This document shows, one piece after another, positions 23,792 through 31,138 of a stretch of 31,138 nt of DNA. The translations under genes and the position numbers were made by a program. Numbering within the stretch: position 1 is the stretch's first letter; every line of letters begins with the position of its first letter. The notes below the pieces were generated by a model. It was not told where the DNA came from. It ran no database searches and saw only the letters and a list, made by a program, of their open reading frames with translations. This DNA is from an uncultured Candidatus Saccharibacteria bacterium (lineage in GTDB: Bacteria > Patescibacteriota > Minisyncoccia > Phycocordibacterales > UBA9973), in NCBI GenBank assembly GCA_964586755.1, contig CAZPHJ010000003.1:1-31138 (forward strand), written 5' to 3'.

Positions 23792-23869
23792 GTGTCATTC
23801 CGGACTTGATCCGGAATCCATTTAAATTTGAATACTCATGGATCCCGGATGAGTACTCCGGGATGACAC
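23792..23869. repeat. REP/REPIN-like palindromic element
   Basis: GTGTCATTCCGGA-CTTGA-TCCGGAATCCA ... TGGATCCCGGA-TGAGTAC-TCCGGGATGACAC: two hairpins in inverted arrangement with complementary ends GTGTCAT/ATGACAC. Confidence 0.85.
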
Positions 23870-23875
23870 AATAAG

Positions 23876-26800
23876 TTACACTTTTTCAATTACAATCTCA
23901 CTTCCGGCGAATGTAACACTCTCTGCAAGTACGGTTTTTTTCAAATCACCTTCGAATCCAGCGACTGTATCTTTGGCATTTTCTGGAAGTGTGAGGGTTA
24001 TGACATCGCTTGGAGTAAGTCCTTGTTTCTTTCGAGTGTCTTGAATTGCGCGCACAAGCTCACGATACTCCCCTTCACGCTTGAGCTCGGGAGTGATTTC
24101 CGTATCAAGTTCCACCTCACTTTCAATTGCAGCATCTTGAACTATTTCTTTAACATTCAATTCATCTTTCAAAATTTCATAGTATTCGACTTTCAACTTT
24201 TCACTTTTCACTTTCAACTTGTTTAGGGGTTGTCGCACAGCAAACTTTGCTTTCTGTCGAGCTTCCATTCCAAGCGTCACAGTTTCGCGAACTTTTTGCA
24301 TTTCTTCCAAGACTTTCTGACTTTCGACTTTTGACTCATATTCTGGCCAATTTTCAAAATACACGCTCTTCTCTCCTCCGAGTCGAAGCCAAATATCCTC
24401 TGCCGCAAATGGTGCAAATGGCGCCATGAGCTTCGCTGTAGTTTTCAATACAAAATACAATGTCCGCTTTGCTTCCGCATCGCCATCTTTCATACGATCA
24501 CGACTGCGTCGCACATACCAAGTCGAAAGATCATCAATGAACTCTCGAAGTGCGCGTACTGGTTCGAGCAGTTTGTAATTATCGAGATTCTCCGTCATCG
24601 TCATTGTAAGCTGGTTGAGACGAGCAACAATCCATTGATCGAGGATGTTTTCTGACTGAGCATATTCCCCACTTTCGAGCGCTGTGTCGCGATAGAGCTC
24701 ATAAAAAGCGAGTACGTTATAGAGCAAGTTGAATACTTTGTTGTGGAGTTCCGCAACAGTCTTCTCGTCGAAGTTTTTTGATTCACCTGGCTGGTTCACC
24801 GAGTACATCCACAAGCGAAGCGTATCTACTCCGTATTTTTCAATCATCTCCCACGGGTCAACAATGTTTCCAAGTGACTTACTCATCTTCTTTCCTTCTG
24901 CATCCAGAATGTGTCCGAGACAAACTACATTCTTATATGCGAGTCCGCGACCCATAAGCATTCCAATAGCGTGGAGTGTATAGAACCATCCGCGAGTTTG
25001 GTCGATTGCTTCACAAATAAAGTCTGCCGGATATGCAATCTCTTTTGTCGCAAATGGATAATGATCTTGTGCAAACGGCATCGCACCTGAGTCGAACCAG
25101 ACGTCCATCACTTCATTCACACGCTTCATCGGCTCGCCATTTTCAGAAACGAGTTCTACATGATCGATATATGGTCGATGTAGATCAAGTTCCCAATTGT
25201 GATTGTGCGGGAATGGTACATACGGAACCTCACGCACTTCGGCATTTTCAAAATAGTGAAAATCTTTTTTGTTCTCAATCATCTTGAGTGATTCCTCTGC
25301 GCCAAATCCTTGAATACCAGCCATAAGAAGCCAAGATGGTCCCCCATGACTCACGATAAGTACTTTGCGGTTCTGGAATTTGATCTCAACATCATGTATA
25401 AAATCCATCATCCAACCTTTTACCGTGTTGTATGATTCTCCTCCTTCTGGACCATTGTAAAAATTTTCTACCGTTTTTGGAAAATCTTCATGATATTTAC
25501 TCCATGGGCCTTTGTTATATATTCCAATATCCATCTCGCGAAGACGTTCGTCAAAAAGCATCTCCACTTCCCCGCCGAGTCCTTCGCGGATAATGTCCGC
25601 AGTCTCTCGAGTGCGAACGAATGGCGATGCGATTATGAGATCAATCCCCAATTCCTTGAGTTTTGAAATCTGGTCGGCGACTTGTTTACGACCAAGCTCG
25701 GTGAGGTGCACCGGCTCGTTTGGATCAGCACTCGCCATACCTTTTAGATTATGATCTGCTTCTCCGTGGCGAATAACATGGTATATATTACCAGATTTTT
25801 TGGCTTTCTTTTTCATTTCATCCAGCGAGCCAATCACTTCGATTTTTCCTGATTCTGTCATCCAGATTGGAAGTGGTGTTCCCCAGTATCGTTCACGAGA
25901 AATCGCCCAATCCTTAATATCTTTTAGCCAATCGCCAAAACGACCATCACGGATATATGATGGCTCCCAATTTATTTTTTTGTTTTCCTCGATGAGCCCC
26001 TCTTTAATCTTTGGATCACTCATGCGGATATACCAAGAATCTCGCGCGTAATAGATGAGCGGAGTCTTACAGCGCCAACAATGTGGGTATGAGTGTTCGT
26101 ACTTTTCTTTTTTAAACAAGAGTCCGCGATGTGCAAGGTCCTTGATGATGTCAATTGCAACATCCTCGTCTTTTACAAATCGTCCTTCGAGAAAATCTGT
26201 GCCAGCGATGAATGTTCCATCGAGCGCCACCATATGATGCTTCGGCAGTCCGAGCTTGGTTCCGAGTTCGAAGTCATCTGCACCGTACATTACGGCTGTA
26301 TGAACAACACCAGTTCCGTCAGTCGTAGTAACAAAATCTGCTGGATATACCTTGAATGCTTTTTCGAGTGAAGCTTGTCCTTCAATTTGAGTTTTGAGAT
26401 AAGGATAGAGCGGTTCGTATTCAAACCCGATAAGGTCCAAGCCTTTCATTTTTTCTACAATTTCAAAACCTTCTGGAAGCACACTAGCGCGCGCTTCGGC
26501 GAGAATCAAAAATTCTTCACCAACTTTTACTTTTACATATTCAATATCATTCCCCACTGCAAGCGCGACGTTGCCTGGCAATGTCCATGGAGTTGTCGTC
26601 CACGCAAGTATGTATGTATTTTCCGGACTTTCAACTTTCGACTTTATAACTTTGAACTTGGCCGTGACCGACAGGTCACGGTCGTCCTGATATCCCTGTG
26701 CAAGTTCGTGCGACGAAAGCGCAGTTCCACAGCGCGGACACCATGACACAATACGATAGTCTTTGTAGACGAGTCCTTGATCGTTTACTTTTTGCAACAC

Positions 26801-27286
26801 ATTCCACACAGACTCGATATATGAGTTGTGATACGTCACATACGGATTCTTTTGATCCACCCAATAGCCGATACGGTCGGTAAATTTTTCCCACAAATCT
26901 GTGTATTGCCAAACGCTTTCTTTACACTTGTCGTTGAACTTCGCGATACCATATTCTTCAATCGCTTTTTTGGAATTGAGGCCGAGCGCTTTTTCTACTT
27001 GGAGTTCCACTGGAAGTCCATGCGTATCCCATCCCCCTTTTCGACGAACATGGAATCCCTGCATAGTTTTATAGCGAGGAATCGCATCTTTGAATGCACG
27101 CGCTTCGAGATGGTGAATTCCTGGTTTACCATTCGCAGTTGGTGGACCTTCGAAGAATACAAACTCACCTTTTGGCGAATCTTTTTTGAGTGTCTCCTCA
27201 AAGACATTATTCTCCTTCCAAAAACCGAGAACTTTTTCTTCTCGTTCTGCTGCGGCTGATTTTGGCTTATTTTCAGGTGTTTCCAT
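23876..27286 (-). CDS. ileS: Isoleucyl-tRNA synthetase (type 2) with an inserted histidine-phosphatase domain
   Basis: EGPPTANGKPGIHH, GWDTHGLPVE, WTTTPWTLP, HSYPHCWRC, WAISRERYWGTP, DVWFDSG, EAIDQTRGWF, KMSKS. Insert approx. 25225-25790 carries RHG...SP..R..ET...E...SHG. Confidence 0.98.
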   Translation of the reverse strand: METPENKPKSAAAEREEKVLGFWKENNVFEETLKKDSPKGEFVFFEGPPTANGKPGIHHLEARAFKDAIPRYKTMQGFHVRRKGGWDTHGLPVELQVEKALGLNSKKAIEEYGIAKFNDKCKESVWQYTDLWEKFTDRIGYWVDQKNPYVTYHNSYIESVWNVLQKVNDQGLVYKDYRIVSWCPRCGTALSSHELAQGYQDDRDLSVTAKFKVIKSKVESPENTYILAWTTTPWTLPGNVALAVGNDIEYVKVKVGEEFLILAEARASVLPEGFEIVEKMKGLDLIGFEYEPLYPYLKTQIEGQASLEKAFKVYPADFVTTTDGTGVVHTAVMYGADDFELGTKLGLPKHHMVALDGTFIAGTDFLEGRFVKDEDVAIDIIKDLAHRGLLFKKEKYEHSYPHCWRCKTPLIYYARDSWYIRMSDPKIKEGLIEENKKINWEPSYIRDGRFGDWLKDIKDWAISRERYWGTPLPIWMTESGKIEVIGSLDEMKKKAKKSGNIYHVIRHGEADHNLKGMASADPNEPVHLTELGRKQVADQISKLKELGIDLIIASPFVRTRETADIIREGLGGEVEMLFDERLREMDIGIYNKGPWSKYHEDFPKTVENFYNGPEGGESYNTVKGWMMDFIHDVEIKFQNRKVLIVSHGGPSWLLMAGIQGFGAEESLKMIENKKDFHYFENAEVREVPYVPFPHNHNWELDLHRPYIDHVELVSENGEPMKRVNEVMDVWFDSGAMPFAQDHYPFATKEIAYPADFICEAIDQTRGWFYTLHAIGMLMGRGLAYKNVVCLGHILDAEGKKMSKSLGNIVDPWEMIEKYGVDTLRLWMYSVNQPGESKNFDEKTVAELHNKVFNLLYNVLAFYELYRDTALESGEYAQSENILDQWIVARLNQLTMTMTENLDNYKLLEPVRALREFIDDLSTWYVRRSRDRMKDGDAEAKRTLYFVLKTTAKLMAPFAPFAAEDIWLRLGGEKSVYFENWPEYESKVESQKVLEEMQKVRETVTLGMEARQKAKFAVRQPLNKLKVKSEKLKVEYYEILKDELNVKEIVQDAAIESEVELDTEITPELKREGEYRELVRAIQDTRKKQGLTPSDVITLTLPENAKDTVAGFEGDLKKTVLAESVTFAGSEIVIEKV
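24188..24222 (-). repeat. In-frame heptamer array inside ileS (encodes KLKVKSEKLKVE)
   Basis: Plus strand gactttc-aactttt-cactttt-cactttc-aacttgt. Confidence 0.85.
24311..24339 (-). repeat. In-frame 7/8-mer array inside ileS (encodes ESKVESQKV)
   Basis: Plus strand gactttct-gactttc-gactttt-gactcat. Confidence 0.75.
26626..26661 (-). repeat. In-frame 7/8-mer array inside ileS (encodes KFKVIKSKVES)
   Basis: Plus strand gactttc-aactttc-gactttat-aactttg-aacttgg. Confidence 0.8.
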
Positions 27287-27291
27287 GATAC

Positions 27292-27320
27292 TTGACTAAA
27301 TTATTAATAAGGTGTATAAT
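27292..27320 (+). promoter_or_regulatory. Near-consensus sigma70 promoter, antisense to the ileS leader
   Basis: TTGACT-N17-TATAAT, starting 6 nt from the ileS start codon. Confidence 0.8.
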
Positions 27321-27342
27321 AAGTAGAATTAAAACTTGTTTT

Positions 27343-27534
27343 ATGACAACAACTCAATTTTGGATACTGTTTTCTGTTTGCTGGACAGGCTTTGGCCTAA
27401 GTACACTTAAGTCATCAAAAGAATGGAAGTATCCGCCGCCCTGGCTCCTTGCCCGACTAACTGTTGTTGCATTATGGCCAATATTTGAATTTGAAATATA
27501 TGTTTTTTTGCCGAAAAATAATACGGAAAAATAA
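27343..27534 (+). CDS. 63-aa small hydrophobic (membrane) protein, antisense within the ileS leader
   Basis: MTTTQFWILFSVCWTGFGLSTLKSSKEWKYPPPWLLARLTVVALWPIFEFEIYVFLPKNNTEK*, with two hydrophobic segments, a promoter upstream and a terminator immediately downstream. Confidence 0.58.
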   Translation: MTTTQFWILFSVCWTGFGLSTLKSSKEWKYPPPWLLARLTVVALWPIFEFEIYVFLPKNNTEK

Positions 27535-27535
27535 C

Positions 27536-27716
27536 AAAAACCCGTCCTCGCATCACGACAAAAGTCATGATTGCAAGGACGGGTTTCTTTTTTATATAAG
27601 AAATCGTGGTACCACCTTCTTTCCCCTCTGGTATTCCTTCGGGCTTATTTATAGGGGTTCTAGGTGCTCTACAGCATTTCTTCCCCAAGCTCCAGGGTGA
27701 TAGCCCTTTCATCGCT
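27536..27716 (-). ncRNA. T-box riboswitch (Ile, AUC specifier) with ultrashort Stem I and a transcriptional terminator
   Basis: Stem I AGC-GAUGAA-AGGG-CU-AUC-A-CCCU-GGA-GCU (27716-27688). Stem II with S-turn GGGG-AAGAA-AUGC..GCAC-CUAGAA-CCCC (27686-27654). T-box AAGG-UGGU-ACC-ACG (27618-27605) pairs with CGU-CCUU (27581-27575). That strand also forms the terminator AAACCCGUCCU...AGGACGGGUUU followed by UUGUUAUUUU. Confidence 0.92.
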
Positions 27717-27872
27717 TCTATTCTCATAATACTAAAATTTGCATGTAAGTAAAGAGAGGTATAAAATTTTCTGCAAAGCTCCTCCCACCTTATATACTTC
27801 AACTTGAACATAAGCCATAACTATCTAGGTGCCAATTCGCCTCAATTGCCACCCACAACTTAAGAGCTTTTG

Positions 27873-27900
27873 AAGCTTCGATGACCCGTCACCGAAGCTT
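27873..27900. terminator. Hairpin downstream of argS
   Basis: aagcttcg-atgacccgtcac-cgaagctt, with a T-run on the plus side. Confidence 0.5.
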
Positions 27901-27933
27901 TTTTATTTGTATTTCTAAAACCAGTAAGAGAGT

Positions 27934-29640
27934 TTACATTTTCTCTGGTACTTCAATACCAAGAAGATACAGACCATTTTTCATAGTTTTGAGAAACGAT
28001 TCAACGAGTGCAAGTTTGTATGACGAAGCTTCATCAGTCTCGTCGATGATTTTTCCGGTTGCATACCAACTATTAAATAATTGTCCAAGTTCCACCAAAT
28101 AGCCCACAACGTGATGCGGTGCCCATTCGTTGATTGATACAGTTACAACATCTGGAAAACGAGAGATCATTCTTTCAAGGTTTGTTGTTATCCAACCGGA
28201 AGGAATATTTGCATTCGGATTCAATTGGACTTCTTTTGCTTTTTGTAAAATTGAATTTGCTCGAACAGCCGTGTACTGCAGATACGGACCTGAATCTCCT
28301 TCGAAAGAAAGTGATGTCTCTGGATCAAAGTTAATATTCTTTCCGGCTGTCGCACGAAGAATCGTGAATTTAAGCGCAGCGATAGCAATCGCATCTATCG
28401 TACCCTTGTCAGCTTCTTTATGAAGCGACTTTGATTGAAGAGCGACTTCTTCAACGAGAGTATCGACGATGGTCTGCGCGAGTGGAACGCCTCCAAGACG
28501 TGACGACATCTTTTGTCCTTTGAAACTCATGCGTCCGTGGGTTCGATGTACAGTCTTCTCCTTCCATTCACTATGAACTTTTCCAGCGGCAGTACTTACA
28601 ACCTTGAAATATTCTGTCTGTTCATGGTCGGTAATGAAAATTGAAAGATCAGGAGAATACTTTTTGAACTTGAGCGACATAAGGCCAACATCTTTGGCTT
28701 CATATGTCGGATACCCTTCTTTATTGATAAACACACGGGTATGCAGTCCATCCTGTTCCCCTTCATAAATGTATGCGCCTTCTGATTGTTTAAAAACTGT
28801 AGGCGTATTATCACGGATTATTTTCGCACCTTCGACACCTGCTTCGCTTTCAAAAATAAATGCGTCGAAATGCGAACCGAGGCGTGCCGTTATTTCTTGA
28901 AAATACGTAAGATTAATTATTTTTCCTTCTTCATAAACTTGGTATGCGATACTATCCACATCCTGATCGTATAATTGAGCAGTAATTGCTTTTATTTCTT
29001 TTGCAACTTCTGGATCTTCTTCGTATGCTTTTGTTCCACGAACATAACAATCTCCTAAATAAGCTAGCGCACTAAGCGTCGAATCAAATGATTTGATTTT
29101 TTCCACTCCGCCTTCCTGCAAAATAACCCAGACGGCCTTTGCAATACCCAAAGAGATATCGGATGGGTATGAAATAAGTGTCACCTCAGCACCCGAGTAT
29201 CGAGCAATTCGAGTAATTGATTCCCCGATCGCATTGTTCATCACATGCCCAATATGAAAAGGTTTGAACAGATTTGGGCTTGAGTGTTCAACAAGAATTT
29301 TTTTACCAGCGTAAGAATTATTTTTTCCCCAATTTGAATCTACCAAAACATTGGCAATTGCTTTTCCAAAAAATTCTTTCGAGAGATAGAAGTTAATAAA
29401 TCCTGGACCAGCGATTTCGATTTTTTCGATTTCGGTTGGTTTGTTCTTTTCAATCTCGGCGACGATTTTTTCAGCGAGAGCGCGAGGGCTTATCTGTGCA
29501 GCTTTGGCGTACGCCAAAGCTGCACTCGTTGAATAATCACCATTCGTAATTTCTGCCGGGTGCTCAAGCACAACATTCTCAGCTTCGATGCCGAGATTTT
29601 TGAGTGCATTTTTTACAATTTGTTCGAGTGTATCTTTCAT
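27934..29640 (-). CDS. argS: Arginyl-tRNA synthetase
   Basis: GDYST, IEIAGPGFINF, EHSSPNLFKPFHIGH, KMSSR, FEGDSGPYLQY..VRANSIL. Confidence 0.98.
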   Translation of the reverse strand: MKDTLEQIVKNALKNLGIEAENVVLEHPAEITNGDYSTSAALAYAKAAQISPRALAEKIVAEIEKNKPTEIEKIEIAGPGFINFYLSKEFFGKAIANVLVDSNWGKNNSYAGKKILVEHSSPNLFKPFHIGHVMNNAIGESITRIARYSGAEVTLISYPSDISLGIAKAVWVILQEGGVEKIKSFDSTLSALAYLGDCYVRGTKAYEEDPEVAKEIKAITAQLYDQDVDSIAYQVYEEGKIINLTYFQEITARLGSHFDAFIFESEAGVEGAKIIRDNTPTVFKQSEGAYIYEGEQDGLHTRVFINKEGYPTYEAKDVGLMSLKFKKYSPDLSIFITDHEQTEYFKVVSTAAGKVHSEWKEKTVHRTHGRMSFKGQKMSSRLGGVPLAQTIVDTLVEEVALQSKSLHKEADKGTIDAIAIAALKFTILRATAGKNINFDPETSLSFEGDSGPYLQYTAVRANSILQKAKEVQLNPNANIPSGWITTNLERMISRFPDVVTVSINEWAPHHVVGYLVELGQLFNSWYATGKIIDETDEASSYKLALVESFLKTMKNGLYLLGIEVPEKM

Positions 29641-30062
29641 TATTTCTTCCCTGTGCTCCCAAACCCTCCCGCTCCGCGTTCTGACTCACTCAGAGTATCA
29701 GTTTCTTCCAATTCTGCAATAACTACAGGATAAATAATGAGCTGAGCCACTTTGTCGCCTTCTTCCACTGTGTATGGTTCACCCGAGAGATTCACAAGGT
29801 GTGTGTTGTATTCTCCCCGATATCCGGCGTCAAAAACCCCGCCCATCGTGTGCAATCCTGCTTTCGAAATGCTCGATTTGTCTTTCACGATTGCCGCAAA
29901 TCCTTCATCGAATTCGAGCGCAAAGCCATGCCAAAAAATATGGTGACCACCAGGCTGAATTGTCACAGTCTCCATCGCATACATATCCATACCTACGTCC
30001 CCCGGTTTTGCATATGTCGGCAACTTTGCACCGTCTTTCATTTTTTTGATTTTAATTCGCAT
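29640..30062 (-). CDS. dut: Trimeric dUTPase
   Basis: GDVGMD, GGVFDAGYRGE, GDKVAQLII, ERGAGGFGSTG. Start set to ATG 30062 (MRIKIKK); TAATG coupling to argS. Confidence 0.95.
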   Translation of the reverse strand: MRIKIKKMKDGAKLPTYAKPGDVGMDMYAMETVTIQPGGHHIFWHGFALEFDEGFAAIVKDKSSISKAGLHTMGGVFDAGYRGEYNTHLVNLSGEPYTVEEGDKVAQLIIYPVVIAELEETDTLSESERGAGGFGSTGKK

Positions 30063-30552
30063 ATTCTTTGATCCTCTCAAGCGTATTATTAAAAGATGGA
30101 ATAAAATCTTCGGGTGATTTTGCATACCAAGCACTCAAATCATCGATAGAAATCCATCGAACTTCCACAACTTCGTCAACTTGTATAACAAAATCTTCAG
30201 CGGGCTTATCAACTAGGGCGATGTATACGGAAGTGAATCTTTGGGCATTGAAAGTTTTATAATAGTATTTTTTAAAAAATGTCACTGGGACACCAGTCAC
30301 ACCGATCTCCTCTTCCAATTCCTTAACCGCGTTAGAGTCATATGTCTCTCCTTCTTCAACAGTTCCAGCTACAGAAGGACCCCATTTCCCTGGATCTAAA
30401 GATTTAGTAAATTGACGTTGTGCAATAAGAAATTCTCCTTTCGAGTTAAAAACCAGCACGCAAGTAATCCGACAAGTATCTGTTGCCGTTCTATCTTTTC
30501 GGTCTATATATTTAATTATCTCGTCGTTCTCGTCGACTATCGGTATTCGCAT
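30052..30552 (-). CDS. NUDIX hydrolase (IDI-1/YfcD-like)
   Basis: VDENDEII...R, VFNSKGEFLIAQR..K...PGKW, Nudix box GTVEEGETYDSNAVKELEEEIGV. Confidence 0.9.
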   Translation of the reverse strand: MRIPIVDENDEIIKYIDRKDRTATDTCRITCVLVFNSKGEFLIAQRQFTKSLDPGKWGPSVAGTVEEGETYDSNAVKELEEEIGVTGVPVTFFKKYYYKTFNAQRFTSVYIALVDKPAEDFVIQVDEVVEVRWISIDDLSAWYAKSPEDFIPSFNNTLERIKEYAN

Positions 30553-30554
30553 AG

Positions 30555-31136
30555 TTATATCCCAAATTTATCCTTAAAATACTCCGCCCCATCTGTCTCG
30601 TAATCATACAGCCAATTGGTCTTTTCTTTCAATTTTCGATTGAATTCAAGCATGTCTATTGGGCTCCACATCGGAAGCATGAATTTGCGGCCAAGCTTGT
30701 GAAGTTTCTCTTTAGCTTCCTTCGTATCGTCCGGACCAACCGCCGAAATCACCGCATCATAATAGTACGATTCCCCGTCTGGGTCGTAGAGTGAAAAAAA
30801 TGCACCACCATATACACACGAGAATACTTCTCGTGCTTCCACGTTCGCCCTCTTATACCCGAGCTCAGCAAGCATTTGTACTGCATCAGAAAATGAATCG
30901 TGAGCGAGCTTGGTTTTGATTTCTTTCCGCTCGCCAATCTTACCCGTTTCAATACAAATCGTACCTACTCCATTTTTGTATTCGAGTCGCACGGCGCGAT
31001 TGTTGAACCCTCGATCGGTATATGAGACGACGACTTGATGTTCGACAAAAACACTTTCCCCTGCAGTAGAGAAAAGTTTTTTTACTTTGTCATATTCTTT
31101 TTTTGCCACTGGGCCACGAATTTCTACGTCAATCAT
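30555..31136 (-). CDS. CYTH-like (triphosphate tunnel) domain protein
   Basis: N-terminal D-V-E-I-R (ExExK-like), VRL.YK, E(I)K, L..LGY..., amphipathic tail. Confidence 0.6.
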   Translation of the reverse strand: MIDVEIRGPVAKKEYDKVKKLFSTAGESVFVEHQVVVSYTDRGFNNRAVRLEYKNGVGTICIETGKIGERKEIKTKLAHDSFSDAVQMLAELGYKRANVEAREVFSCVYGGAFFSLYDPDGESYYYDAVISAVGPDDTKEAKEKLHKLGRKFMLPMWSPIDMLEFNRKLKEKTNWLYDYETDGAEYFKDKFGI

Positions 31137-31138
31137 AT

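Noticed and set aside
27407-27811. 134-aa minus-strand ORF upstream of ileS
   Set aside because: It runs through the T-box and terminator, whose RNA structure explains the sequence; the protein has no recognisable features.
2241-30952. Numerous 60-180 aa ORFs antisense or out of frame within ftsK, recA, metG, glyQS, ileS, argS and others
   Set aside because: Shadow ORFs of well-supported genes, without independent signals.

Overview
A compact, housekeeping-rich chromosome segment in genetic code 11. Gene content and style point to a CPR/Patescibacteria (Parcubacteria-like) genome, which is an inference from the alpha2-type GlyRS, short MetRS, type-2 IleRS, four-helix-bundle gene and near-leaderless promoters. 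Core genes are ftsK, recA, efp, rpsF-ssb-rpsR, tatD-metG, glyQS, recO, ileS, argS and dut, with several self-contained accessory genes inserted among them. No tRNA, rRNA, CRISPR array, transposase, integrase or reverse transcriptase was seen. The most notable signals are mostly non-coding or sit beneath the coding layer. (1) A family of short-period (7-9 nt) tandem repeats in inverted arms: one pair brackets a four-helix-bundle gene, a near-identical pair is empty, and related units occur in frame three times inside ileS. (2) A dense TGTCYTTTA array in both orientations within and just upstream of a winged-HTH gene divergent from ftsK. (3) An ileS T-box that joins an actinobacterial-type ultrashort Stem I (AUC specifier) to a transcription terminator, with an antisense mini-gene between riboswitch and ileS. 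(4) A leader-peptide attenuator upstream of an ABC exporter. (5) A Bacteroidota-style protein with a T9SS-like C-terminal domain. (6) IleRS with an inserted, catalytically intact histidine-phosphatase domain. (7) An EF-P lacking the PGKG loop. All family calls come from motif recognition by eye; no database search was run.
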